This document shows, piece after piece, positions 12,504 through 25,309 of a stretch of DNA of 64,000 nt. The stretch comes from Callorhinchus milii (Eukaryota), in NCBI RefSeq assembly GCF_018977255.1, contig NW_024704742.1:107944001-108008000 (forward strand). Direction: 5' to 3'. A model generated the notes under the pieces. That model ran no database searches and had not been told where the DNA came from. It worked only from the letters and a program-made list of their open reading frames with translations. The translations under genes and the position numbers were made by a program. Positions within the stretch are counted from its first letter, which is position 1. Each line of letters opens with the position of its first letter.

Positions 12504-13952
12504 ACTTAGTTATATTAATTACACTGTTCTGTATTTGTGCAACATTGCAGACAAGCTGTAATGTGATGGACTCCCCCAAAATCACAATGTCAAACATTCG
12601 GTTTTTAAAATAAAAAATTGAGGCTGTCGTGCCTAGCAACTTTGTGTGCAGTTTCCCAAGTTTATGCAGTTTCCTGAATTAAAGCGAATATTATTGAGCT
12701 GTGATCACTTTCACTTAATGGATCCACTACTTCTATTCTGATTAGCGTCCTTTTCTGTGCTGTAAACTTCCTATAAAATGCATTCCTCAGGAGGATGATC
12801 ATGTGGAGGAACTGATACAAGTCAAGATATCATCCATGAACTGCACCATCCATCCCATTCTCTCAACAAACAGCAAAGTGTGGGTACAATATGACAACTG
12901 TTTATTTTGTATCGATACAATTTGTAATAACGAAAGAATAACAGCTGATGAAGCTAATGAAGCTAATATCTTCCCGAATGTTCTGTCACGTGGTAAAGAG
13001 CAGTGCTAAATGCAATTTGGAAAGTTATCAATGATGCAAAGCTAGGTTACGAGCCCTGGAGGGAAACAAAAGCATAAAAATAAGATCAAGAGCATTTGAA
13101 TCAACAAGAGATTTGGAAATGGTGAGAAATCCATTGGCACTGAAGTCAGTAGAGCAATATATTTTTCTTCAGCTAACATTAAACCTGTAAAAAAAAGAAT
13201 TTGATAGAGGAACACCAGGTACTTGCTCAGAAGCTCATGGGAGGTGATTTTTTATATCGTGTGTAACAACCTTTCCGCAAAATCAAATAACCATTCAGTT
13301 CACATGTGGCTTCTGAAGGTCAGATATACAAGACTTTATAACATGGCACATAGGAACACAAGCCCAAACTACAGCACTGTACGTGTTCTAGTTATTCTGT
13401 GGTTTTGACATTACACAGTTGTTGGTTTGCAATCGCGTCCTTTTGCAGGGTTTTTTATCATCTTAGCGATGATAGATGTACTTTGGAGCGTTGGGTGAAC
13501 AAAAAAAAATTCAATCCCTTTGGACTGCAGTTATCATGGGCAGTCAGGCAACATAATCCTACTTTAATCTTATTATACAACATACACAACTAGGATACTC
13601 TACCAGCTTTTGTCATGACAGGAAGGAATGGTCCATAATGCTAGCCAGCGTAATATTCAATGGTTTCTGTTGGACTGAAAGCTGAAACACTGCTTAGCTG
13701 TAGCGTACAATGCTCATCATCAGATGGCATATTCACAAACAAAACTGTCACTCCACTTTACAGTACATCCTGTGAAATGCTTTGGGACATTCTCCTGACA
13801 TGAGGGCACTATACAAAATATAAGGATAATTGTTACTATGTTTCACATCTATGTAGAGTTTTCACTTATGCTGCTTTGAAAAATAAACTAGTGACTGAAA
13901 ATGCAACTGCCGCAGAGTAATATGACACAAAAAGTATCTAATAGATATTACG

Positions 13953-14286
13953 ATAATAATCCTTGCATTTGATATAGCGCCTTATCACGTCTTTGAGACG
14001 TCTCAAAGCACTTCACAGAATATACTGTAAAGTGAATTGACTGTATATTTTGTGGAAGAAACGCAGTAGCCAATTGCACACAGCAGTGTCCCACAAAGTC
14101 ATGGATTTAAGTGACACAATTTTTTTTATCCGCCAATCGACTAACAAACTGTTCCTTCTCATTGCTAGGTAAACAGAAGAGTGCGGAGTAAGGAAACTTG
14201 CCCAACATTTCGTCCTGCCTGGGAATCAAACCCAGGTCCTCTCGCTTGCGAGGTGAGTGCTCCGACCACTAAGCTACTGGACTCCA
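13953..14286 (-). mobile_element. SINE subfamily A
   Basis: Reverse complement of the family with a small internal deletion. Confidence 0.9.
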
Positions 14287-16517
14287 TTGGTACTATGTAT
14301 ATAATACATATATAAATATTATATATAATATATACACATACACACAATAATAATAATAATCATGATTGCAGTTCACATAATTTCTTATGTCGTCAAAACA
14401 TCTCAAAATGCTTTGCAGGATGTAATGTAGAGTGTAGTGACTGTTTAATTTGGATGTGATCTGTAAGCAATAAATATTTTAGTAAAAAACTGCATTTCCA
14501 AGTAATCTATTGACAATGAAACCATCTCCTCCCCACAATCTTCACAGCCAATCTGTTCCCCGTCACTATCTGTCCCTAGGTTCCTCTCATCTTTATTACA
14601 ACTTCAGCCACACATACAGACCTGCAAAGAAATATACAATATGAGGGAAAAGAATTACAGTCCATCTGACCAGTCCCATAGAAAAAATATGGTAAAATTA
14701 TAAATAATATGTGCACTTATTAAAATGTTATGTAGGCAGATACAGTTGTCAATATGTGCTCTCAATGACCCACAGAAAACAAGATGAGTAACATTTAATC
14801 ATTAGAAAAAAACATTGGGGGGTGTAATTTGAATGAGGGAGAAATATTGACCATATTACATTTCAAGTTACAAAGAGAAAAAGGAAATTTTAAAAATAGA
14901 AAAAATTGAAAGAGTGCAGTAGGAAAATGAAAGGCAGTGAGGCAGGAAATAACATTCCATCTCCTGCAACCAGAATGATTTAAAAAACTTTTGCTCTCAA
15001 AAAAACATCTAAACGCTATTAAAAGGGACCCAAAAAAATGTGCTCGTAATTTTATGTGAGTAATTTAAGCATTTATGTTCATGAAACAGTTCAGTTTCAC
15101 TCTCTCACTTTATGAGATTACCAGAACCACTGGACTGTACTTTTGAGTCAGCCCCATCCAATTAATATTCACATGCAGTATATATTACACACATTATGGA
15201 CAGACAGCACCACTCCACTTTGTTATACTTTACTCACACTCAGTGTAGTGCAGGCCGTGTTCCACTTCGTAACATTTCCTTTCAACAATTTTTAAGTACG
15301 CTTTCCACCCAAACTGCAGCTTCTAACTTTGTGGCACTCTGACACACTTGATGTAACAAACCATGACAGCAGAACAAAAGTACCGCTGTGAGGTTATCCC
15401 GTTTCCAAATACAGAATCAATTAATTTTCAGCACACAACACTTATTTAGTGTACTGTATGCAGACAGCATTTGCTCATTTGAAGTTGCTTGGAACTAATT
15501 ACTTTTCGCATTCATCTTAAGCTGTTCCACGTCATTTAATTAGTTACTATAAACTCAAATAGATAATTCTATCTTTATTGCCTTCTCTCTCTTAACAAAA
15601 TAATTAGACTGTTCAGATGCACACTGTATTTTCTTTGTGTGGAAGCAGTGAAACTCCCTGCAGGCAGGCATGTGCTGCAGCATAAGATGTTGCCGCATAA
15701 AAGTTACATTGAACGAAATAATAATCAAGAGTTCAAAAGATATAGCAACAAGGAGATCCTCTAAGAAGCTCTATTGCACATGCAGTCATCCTTCCAATAG
15801 AATTCCTGCATAAAATTATAAATAGATTCTTGTTTTTGGAAGCATGGGTTCAAAGTAGGGAATGTGTTAAAACAGAAAAAAAGATTGAGCTTACAAACTA
15901 TTAAAAAAAACAAGAAAAAATCCATTGATACTGAAATACTGAACACTGAACCACAACATATGAGAAATGCTGTTTGTCAACATTTGAAGGCAGCGAGTGG
16001 ACTTGGAGATCGTGCTACAGTAGCTGGGCCAGCTCTTTTTGCCCTTCTTTTGATACTATTCACTATTGCTTCAGTATCCCACCGCATTTTCAAAATTTTC
16101 AAAACGTCTTTTCAAATTTCCTCTGCTGAATTAGCAAGTCAGTCAAAATTTTAAGAACTGTGCTGAACCAATGCCTTACAGATTTCTTTGAATAAGCCCA
16201 AACGGTGGATTTGTCATTCTAATTCTGAGAGGGATGTGTGAACAAGGACTGACTCACTACACCGCTAGATCAGTCCATTTGCAGTACACAGTTCCCTTTC
16301 TTGAGATTAGAAAACTCAGGATTTTTTAACAGAGTCTCACCATCAAGATCACATCTTAAAATCAGTTACAAAAAGTATTTGTGTTGAATAAATGCTAGTG
16401 ATATTAGTAGTGATCTGGCTGGCAGGAGTTACTGAGTCTGACTGTATGCAAAGACTGAATTATCATCATTCGAAATTGTAATTAACTCAGGGCATCAACT
16501 ACATTAACTACATAGGT

Positions 16518-16637
16518 TCCCCTCCCCTCCCTTCTCCCCCCCGACCCCTGCTCGGGACTGAAAAGCTGTACACTATCCAGCGCCTTGGGAAGTCCTCCCG
16601 ACGTGAAAGGCGCTTTACAAATGTAACCTTGTTGTTA
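16518..16637 (+). mobile_element. Short L2 3' tail
   Basis: C-rich tract followed by cagcgccttgggaagtcctcccgacgtgaaaggcgc...ttgttgtt. Confidence 0.8.
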
Positions 16638-16994
16638 ACAAAGCTCTCTTCTATGGTGCAAAGACTACTTTAACAAAATCACCCCTTTATTTTACAGTCT
16701 CGTTTGCATAATATTAAGTTGTCTATTGTTATAAGATATACAACTTCAACAACAACTTGCAGTTATATAGTGCCCTTCACTCGGGGTAGCGTCTCCATAA
16801 GGGAGAAATAGTTTTATGGGATCTCTAATGTCCATCTGAGCAGGCAGAAGGGACCCTGGTTTAATGTCTCATCTGAATCTCACATCTAACAATGCAGAAC
16901 ACCTGAAGCACTGCATTTAAGAGTCAGTTTAGACTATATAAATAGAGTCTTTTCAGGTGAGATGTTAAACTGAGTTCCAGCTACTGTCTCAATA

Positions 16995-17143
16995 CTCTCC
17001 TCTTTGACCATGCCATCAGCCACACCCCTTCCCTCTTCTCCCGCCCTGACCCCAGCTCGGGTCTGAAATGCTGTACACTGTCCAGTACTTTGGGACGTCC
17101 TCCCTACATGAAAGGCGCTGTACAAATGTAATCTTGTTGTTGT
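16995..17143 (+). mobile_element. Short L2 3' tail nested in a DeuSINE-like copy
   Basis: L2 tail ending ttgttgttgtt. DeuSINE-like sequence (gtgagatgttaaactgag...) resumes after it as tcaggtgtacattaaagatccc. Confidence 0.75.
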
Positions 17144-17533
17144 TTCAGGTGTACATTAAAGATCCCTTGCTACTATTTGCAAAGAGGAGAGAGTTTCTTC
17201 CAATGTCCTGACAAGCAATCCTCCAGATTAATTGGTCATTAACCTCATGACTGTTTGTGGGACCTCACTGCCCCATACACTCCTGTGTGCTTATAGAAAT
17301 AGATTTTCTACTTGATAGTGATTACTTGTGAAGAGCTTTGGAAGTTTTGCCATGATGTGGCGCAATAAAAATACAAGTTCTTTCTTTTGCCTCCCACCAC
17401 TTTGATAGTGAAACAATATCAATTTTGTGTCAATCATAAAGAGGACATTAGCACGAAATGGGGAGAAATGGGGCTGTAACCAAGGCATCTAAGGTAGCAT
17501 CAGGCTTGGCAACTATTCCCACTTGAGTTACAA

Positions 17534-17837
17534 CAATAATAATCCTTGCATAGCGCTTTTCACGTCTTCTAGACGTCTCAAAGCACTTCACAGAATATAC
17601 TGCAAAGTGAATTGACCGTATATTTGTGGGCGAAATGCGACAGCTGATTGTGCACAGCAGTGTCCCACAAACAGTCGTGCATTGAAATGTCCAATTTTAT
17701 TTCATCTTTTTCTTGAGGGATTATTATCAGGCGAGTGGAGTAGGGAAACTAGCCTAAGGTTTTGTCCTGCCGGGAATCGAACCCAGGTCTGTCGCCTGTG
17801 AGGTGAGTGCTCTAACCACTAAGCTACATGACTCCAC
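17534..17837 (-). mobile_element. SINE, intermediate form (short B-type middle with A-type tail)
   Basis: Lacks the gtttacctagcagtaag block, but the tail has the A-type agacgtctcaaagc. Confidence 0.88.
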
Positions 17838-18549
17838 AATGTTAGATTGAAGGCAGTACTGGTTGTTTAGTGTAAGACTGGCAGATTTTGGGTTTACACT
17901 AAGAATTAATAATATTTGTATTTGATGTAGCACTTGATCACGTCAAAACTTCTAAAACTGCTTCACAATGAGAGTTGCAGTTGTCCTGTAGACAAACGGT
18001 TTATTCTGGTGTCTTGACAGGGAGAACAAGATGATTAATTCAAAACACAGGCTAAATGCTCCACGCACGATTCCACACTGTTTCACAGCAGACTGGCACA
18101 AAACCCATGCCTTCAGATGGGGCTCAGATTTAGCACATCACCTTTCCAGTGTTGCATGGTAATTCTCTAGACTTGTCCTGCTTCAGTGCTGTCTGATGTC
18201 ACGATTTTTTTGCTGTTCATCCAGACAGAGATGGGAAACACTGGACTGTTGCTGCTCCACAGTAAAGAATATCTGTAGCACTTCTGACGCTTACATTATA
18301 CAATCGTGGAATGTTACACCACTCAAACAATCTATTTAACCCATCATGTAAGTGCTGCTGTTTTCTCCATCCAAGTCTCTCACTCTTCTGCTTACCCTTT
18401 AGTACTCATCCAACTCAAGAGTCAGAATGAACCAGGGAAATGCCACTCAAGCACTGTGATAAAGTAAAGCAAGTGTACACGTTGCCATTTCCACAGAAAC
18501 AGTACCTCCATCAATGTAGCACACCCTCAGTAATGCCTAGGTTGACACT

Positions 18550-18880
18550 CCAATGCAGTGCTGGGTTCTTGGAGGTCATTCTCATTCCTTTGAATGATAC
18601 ATTAAACTGAGGTCCCGTCTGCCTGTTCAGGTGGACGTCAAAGAGCACATGACATGATTCAAAAAGAGAAAGGAATTGCTCCTGGTGTCCTGGACCATAA
18701 TTTGCCAGATAAAATTGGTCATTTACTTTGTGACTCTTTGTGGGACATTGCTGTATACAAATTTGCTGCTGCATTTGTCTACAAAATACAGTCACTAACA
18801 CTTTACAGTAAGTCCTGTGAAGCACCTTGAGATGTCCTCTTGACATGAAAGGTGCTATATCAAAGGCAACAATAATTTAC
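18550..18880 (+). mobile_element. DeuSINE-like element (body and tail)
   Basis: Contains attaaactgaggtcccgtctgcctgttcaggtggacgtcaaagag...ggtgtcctggacc plus the shared tail. Confidence 0.75.
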
Positions 18881-19327
18881 TTATTTTTCAAATATTATTC
18901 ACCAGCACCCTAGAAGAATATTTTAAGCTTGAACACAGGTTTGTGGTAATTCAGAAGAATGAAGTGATGAACATGTAGAAACTTTTGATGGATTGTTAAC
19001 TGTGTAGTGCCAGGATGGCCTGTTTGTCAGTAAAGATTGAATTATCAAATGAGCTATTCAACCATCTGTGAAGGTCCCTACTGACAAACATCACCATAAA
19101 ATAAACATGCCAGCACAGCACCCCAAACAGCCTTTTCCTCATTAAAAATCATTCAGAACTGTCATTGCAGCCACGTACCCTGAAATCTGTAGGCCATGTG
19201 CTTTGATCTGAGCTCCACATTTTATTAAAATAATGTTATTCGACACCAGCAGCGCTATATTTTATAAGATTTGTTACTTTCTTCTCTTCAGGACTTCCTC
19301 TCCTTCCCCCATGTTACACACAATTAC

Positions 19328-19620
19328 CTGAGTAGAGGATGAGGGTTGACATTCTGCTCCCAATCTTCTTAAATAGCTGCTGGGAAGTATAGAGCTGGAA
19401 GTCTAAGTAATTTGTCTGTCATTGACCAGCCCCCCGCCCACCCCACCTCCATCACCCGCCCTGGTAGGTGCTCAGCTATTGATGATGTTTTGGTCAAGCT
19501 CAGGAATGTGCAATATGTGGAGTGGAGGGTTGTCACCTGTGACAAATTTTCCTGCTGCTCCCTCGCACAGCTAGCCTTGCAGCACCAACACACAAACCAG
19601 CTGCCTCACGAGGTGAAAAA
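19328..19620 (-). promoter_or_regulatory. Candidate internal Pol II promoter with a very short first exon
   Basis: In order on the minus strand: E-boxes (about 19600 and 19535), GC box GGGCGG (19439-19434), GGTCAAT, TATA-like TATTTAA (19375-19369), then the donor CAG|GTAATT at 19328/19327. The surrounding sequence is repeat-poor. Confidence 0.35.
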
Positions 19621-20732
19621 GTTCACTTTAACCAATATTAGCAGAGCTGCCACAGTGCTCTGACACAGAAAGATTAAACTGGAGCAACACTCCAATTAAC
19701 AAGAGCTTTCAAACAAGAGCATCACAGCCGAAATAAAGAACTGGACTAATGGTATCAATATAAACACTGTCACTGGCTGGAGAATAGGAGCCTAAATGAA
19801 TATATTATTTTTATCTCACAACTATTTAACTGCCCAACAAAGTGAACTACAAGAAGTCAATTGGGGTCAACGTACAGACTGCTGTGTAATTGCTACTGTG
19901 TTGACTGATGGAGAGAAGGCAGCTCAGAGTGCACAAAAGCACAAAGGAAATGTTATCCATATGGATACTGGTGCAGCACCACAAGAAGAAATGTCTGCAG
20001 TAACATGCGGGAGAGGGGGAGGGGAACTCCTCCAGCACAATGTATTCATCACGGCTCAGTACCTCCTCCACCAGGATCTGCAAACCAGCCGTTTGGTTCT
20101 TCAGATCCTGGTGAGTTCCTTCCCAGTGAAGCACTTAAAAAACAAACACCTGTCAAGTACCACATTCCAGCAGATAAATCTCCAGCAGCTTTAGTTCTCC
20201 TTCACTTCATCAGACTGTTAGTTTTGCTCTAGCTGAGATGCTTGTCCTTCCCTTTCTCTTTCGGGGGCTCTCACAGTCACCAGCTCTGACTGCAGTTGCT
20301 ATCTTTTACAAAGTACAAAACCAGACGGGGGCTATGGGGATAATGGCTTTGGTTCTGAGGTTTGCCTTGCTGGGAAAATGTATTTATGACTAAAATGCTG
20401 GTACGTCACCCAAGCCAACCTCTTTCTCAACCCCTGTCTTAACTAGTCACCACCACTTAAGTCACCATGTTGTCCCTTCCTATACAAAATGTTAATAAGG
20501 TACTCTGCTTCACCTGTCACTCCGCTCAGCACGCAACTAATCGCATTCTAGAAATTCTTGTAAATACTTACAATGTAAAGTTGTCCAAAAGATGGAGTCT
20601 TGCATCGCAGAGGCCTTCGGCTCTATCCTGTGACTGTTGCGGGGTAGGCACGCATGATCAGATAAATGAGAGAGGCCTGTGGTCTGTTGGAGGGCCACAC
20701 TGTGACCTCTTGCTCCTGCCTCCCACCCAATC

Positions 20733-20856
20733 CAGTGTCACTGCCTCTAAACATACTGCCCCACAGTGTCACTGCCTCCCTCACACACTGCCTTGCAGTG
20801 TCACTGCCTCTCTTAAACACTGCCCCACAGTGTCACCGCCTTTCCCACACAATGCC
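20733..20856. repeat. Minisatellite, 31-32 bp unit, about 4 copies
   Basis: cagtgtcac(t/c)gcct recurs at 20733, 20764, 20796 and 20828. Confidence 0.9.
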
Positions 20857-22577
20857 TAATCCTGCCAAAGGTAGTTTTGGAAGTTTTGGAAAGTGACTTG
20901 TATAATTCAGACACATTTCCTTTAGAGTTAGATATAAACAAAATGAAATAAATAAGTAATCTATTCTGAATTATACAGTAGAGTGAATGTATTTGTTAGC
21001 TGTCCGGTGACACTTGTACAATACCCAATTTGTTAAAAGCAGGGTGCAAAACCACAATAAGACATCATCATCAAACTCTGCCAATTAATTATAAATTCAA
21101 TGGACAACAATCCTACTGCTCTCAGTAGTAGCCAGGAAACAATAATTCATTGCAGCGAGCTCACTAATTGTATGGTTTATCTTAGTGCTACAAGGCTTGT
21201 TCTGTATCACTGTCCTCTGCACAACATTAACTCTTGATCTTCACCAGACTGCCTTTCCCTGTGGGGGAAAAAAAAGGCTGTATCCATGCGTTTGTGTGGA
21301 CTTGGACCGAATGTAAGATTACATATCTTTTGTCTGAACTTCCTCATTCTTTGAAAGCAGTTCAAGTTCCACAAACAAATGAATAGCGCATTATCTATAC
21401 AAAGGGGAAATCCACTGGATGATTTTACTTTGTGTTGTCTAACCCTATACAGGAGCCCCAGAAGCATGTAATGCTCTTCTAACCATTGTTAAATGTAGGG
21501 CCTTATCACGTAATACAATTCTGCTTCAAATTAGGGAGAAGCTGAGAGCCTGAGTTAGTGTAATAAGAAACAAATAAAGTCGGAAGCTCCAAGTGTTCCA
21601 CTTCAAAGGAGGACTCAAGAGGCAGATAACAAAGGTGCTTTGTATATGGAGGTTTATTACTCCTATTATAAATCAATAGATTACTTCTCATGAAACAGAA
21701 ACTGGCATCAATATCAGGTGTACAATTCCTGCCACATGCATTGCGTGGATGTTGGGCTTATTAAATCTTTCAAAAATGAAAGCTGTTAAAGAGTTTCATT
21801 GTATTGTGATAGGTCCTGAGAGAAAGGACTGAGTGTTTTGAGAAAAGGGAAAGGGGGAGGTAATTGTCAAAGCTAAGCCCAATTTTTTAAAAATCCTTGC
21901 ACATCAGGACGATGTCTCAAAACATTTCAAAAGATATACTGTAAAGTGTAGTGACTGTGTATTTTTGTAGACAAACCCGACAGCTGATATGTGCACAGCA
22001 ATGTCCAACAAATATCCATGAAGTAAATGACCAATTTTATTTGCGGTATTGATGGCCAGGACACTGGGAGAAACTCCCTTCTCTCTCGTTCTTGTTTTCT
22101 TGTTCTCCAAAGTCATATCCAATGGCAATGGCACAACAATCAATGTCATGGCAATGCCAACACAATAGCCAAGTATTCTTGTACTGTTTATAGAGAAATC
22201 TATTTATAGTGTTATTTTAGTTTAAATTATAGAATTCCAAGACACAAACCAGTTTCCATCCACTCATTCCATGTTCTGTCACAATAAAAACCTTATATAG
22301 TAATCACTTCAGTATCACAAGATAGATTCATCTTGCCACTTCATCCTTACACAACTGATTTCACAAAACACACCTAAACCTTGACACTGTAGATGTGATT
22401 CTTTCTAGATCATTATATTACAAGCACGGAACGGCTCTAACCTTGGAGTTAACTCTTTAATACCTTCAAACCTGTTTTGTAAAAATGTTTTCACTTTTAC
22501 GTTTCATAATGTATCATACATTATAATCTTTGCGTTAGATACATCAGCTCAACACACTGTTGAGACAGTTCAAATTA

Positions 22578-22715
22578 CAACAACAACTTGGATTTATATA
22601 GCGCCCTCCACGCCGGACGGCGTCTTAGAGCCCTTTACAGTTTAGGATCCCGGGACCGAGCCAGGGGGGAGGGGGGGGGTGGGAAGGTGACCAAAGGCGC
22701 GGTTGAAAAGAAAGG
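22578..22715 (-). mobile_element. Short L2 3' tail
   Basis: Tail caacaacaacttggatttatatagcgcc followed by the G-rich 3'UTR. Confidence 0.7.
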
Positions 22716-22737
22716 TCCAGTGACTACACATTTGAAC

Positions 22738-23046
22738 ATAATAATAATAATAATCCTTGCATTTGATATAGCGGAGGACGTCCCAAAGCGCTGCACAGAA
22801 CACAATGTAAAGTGAATTGACTGTATATTTGTGGGCGAACGCGGCAGCCAATTGCGCACAGCAATGTCCCACAAACAGTCGTAGATTGTAAATGACCAAT
22901 TTATTATTGTTTTTGGTTTTGGAGGGATTATTATTAGGTGTGTGGAGTAAGGAAACTTGCCCAAGGTTTCGCCCTCTGCCTGGAATTGAACTCCGGTCTC
23001 TCACTTGCAAAGCGAGTGCTCTAACCACTGAGCTACAGGACTCCAC
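22738..23046 (-). mobile_element. SINE subfamily B, near full length (small deletion in the tail)
   Basis: tRNA-like head with TGC loop and middle cctaataataatccctccaaaaccaaaaac. Confidence 0.92.
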
Positions 23047-23340
23047 AACATGACAGCCAACTTGTGCACAGTAATGTCCCACAAACAGCCACAATCAGTT
23101 TTATTTAGGGGATTGTTGGCCAAGTCACCAGAACATCCCTTTTTCTTTTTGAATGGGATGGCATCTTTAACATCCGCCTTAACAGACAGACAAGACCTCG
23201 GTTTAACATCTCATCTGACAAACAGCATCTCCAACAATGCAGCACCGCCCAGCACATTGCATTGGAGTGTCAGTCTTGACTGTGAGTTCCATGTCCTGTC
23301 CTCGGACTCTTTAAATGCAGTGCTACTAAAACTGGGCTTA
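23047..23340 (-). mobile_element. DeuSINE-like fragment
   Basis: Core acagacagacaagacctcggtttaacatctcatctg. Confidence 0.7.
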
Positions 23341-23591
23341 TGAAGTTTTATTCAATATTTTACATTTAAATGTCAGTTCCGATTTTAACTCTTCTATTTG
23401 TCCTCATATAACAGAATGGCTAGTAAATGTCAGCTTGTCTCGCATGGTACTAATGTTGCCACTGGGTGACCAAAAGGTTGTTGGTTCAAAGCCCATATGA
23501 AAGACTTTGAACTCACAGTTGAGGGTTTAACACAAGTGCAGCATTGGGGTAATGCTGTATTTTTTGAGATGTTATCCTTCCAATGAACTGT

Positions 23592-24591
23592 TGTTGAGAT
23601 TCGCAGTTTTAATACAAAATTATATGCTGAAATAAAGAGCAGGAAAGTTAGAACTATGGGTTAAGAGGAAAGGAACAGTTAATTTGGAAATCCAACTGCA
23701 CTTAAGATGAGGAAGTAGAGTAAAGAAGCAGAACAAAGGGTCGGTAAAGACAGGATAACACCGGAGGTTGCGAAAACAAGATGTGGGCTCTGCATGTACA
23801 CATCCTGAGATGTTTTTGGGACCCTGGTGAACTGGTCATATGGCTCAAGGTTTGACAAATGATTGGATGAATATCCGTATAAGAGTTCCGTTAGCTTTGT
23901 GAACGGGGCCATCCCGGGTCGCGGAGACAAGGATACGGTAGATGGAAGACTGAGAGCTAGAAACACTAGGACTGAGGATATCGGATGGAAGATTGAAAGC
24001 TGTAAGCAAGAAGACTGAAAGCATGAAGAATCAAGCTTGTGTGCTGTAAAGACACAGTGTTGAACTCGAGATATCTACGGTGGTATTGTTCTGTTATAAG
24101 ATCTATTGATTGTACCGGCCTTTGGTCTGACCCATCGGGATATTGGGGAATAACAAACGAATAATAATAAAACAGTCTGATATCTGGTTAAAGGAATTAG
24201 ACTTTAGTTGCTTTAGTTGTTATTTCCTTACAGATTTGGCTGATTTTATTTTCTAACAATTTGGGATTCGGCAGCATACTCTGAATTAATACACTCGGCA
24301 GTTGACGTGTTTTTGAGTCCGGTGCAACCTTAACTAGTAAGTAGTTGGGACGATGGCCGTGGTACTCGCAGAAATTAGGAGTCCAGTACGACCGTAACTA
24401 GTAGATAGTTGGGACGGTGGCTGTGGTACTTGCAGAAATTATGTGTTCGGTACGATCGTAACTAGTAGATAGTTGGGACGATGGCCGTGCCTGCGGCAAT
24501 TAACCGAGTGTATTAACCCATTGGGATTCTGAGTATTAAAGAACCAATATAATCCATTCGAGCGAGTGTCTCTTATTTGGATTTTCCAACA
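23592..24591 (+). mobile_element. LTR-like insertion (solo LTR or deleted LTR element), about 1 kb
   Basis: Starts TGTTG and ends CAACA, flanked by a CTGT direct repeat (23588-23591 and 24592-24595). It interrupts a DeuSINE-like copy, has AATAAA near 24165 and ATTAAA at 24535, and is CpG-richer than its flanks. Confidence 0.7.
24315..24489. repeat. Tandem repeat, 64-bp unit, about 2.7 copies
   Basis: Units start at 24315, 24379 and 24443 and share taactagta..tagttgggacg.tggc.gtg. Confidence 0.95.
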
Positions 24592-25309
24592 CTGTTCAAC
24601 TGCTTATTCTGCTGGACGTTAAAGAAACCGTGGCACTATTCAAAGAGAAGGGAGTTGCTTCTGGAATCCTGGACAACAATCCTCTCGATAAATTGTTCAT
24701 TGAACTCCTGTTTGTTTGTGGAACATTACTTTGTGCAAATTGACTGCCAAACTGACCTTCAAACATACAGACATTGCACTTAACAGTAAATGCTGTAAAG
24801 CATTTCGAGCCATTTTGACAGATGGTATAATTATTATAATAAATGGAGTATGAAAATGTACAGTCTTTTCAGAAATTAAAGAAATACATTGAAAGCACAT
24901 TTGAATAGGCTTTTCATTAAAATGTTACAAGTTGCCTCTCAGGAGGCAAGTTTGTACTTCTTACTCTGTGTGATTTTATCACCTAAAATGAGATAATTAT
25001 ATGGATAGTGATTTAGACTTTGGAAATTGGTTAGATTATACTATAAAAACAGTATGATACCATATGGATTTTCAGCTTTCAAACTCACAGGCGAATGGAA
25101 TACCAAAAAATTACTTTTTTTTAAACTCGCTATTTTTTCTCCGCGCTTTTCTTTTCCTGAAGGCAATCAACTTATTTGTTTTAAGGAGGTGTTCTCGGAG
25201 ATAGTCAATGGTATCTCGCCCACATAGCTACTCTTCATGAGTTCAACCTTGGGCAGTGAGAATGTCGGAAGACCTTTCGAATGCACGCAGATTATGGGCT
25301 CATCTTGAA

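Larger units (their letters stand above)
23428..24760 (+). mobile_element. DeuSINE-like copy split by the LTR-like insertion
   Basis: Head at 23428-23590; the body resumes at about 24596 (ctggacgttaaagaaaccgtggcactattcaaagag). Confidence 0.65.

Noticed and set aside
14590..14650. Strong minus-strand acceptor (tttctttgcag) with AATAAA about 25 nt downstream, a possible terminal exon
   Set aside because: There is no good donor and no independent support; such motifs are common in AT-rich introns.
19796..20232. Overlapping ORFs of 75-132 aa as a coding exon
   Set aside because: No recognisable protein similarity and no consistent pair of splice sites.
24315..24489. CRISPR-like array or known ribozyme repeat
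   Set aside because: The whole 64-bp unit is repeated with no unique spacers, there are no cas genes and the context is eukaryotic. I found no hammerhead CUGAnGA/GAAA core or convincing twister core by eye.
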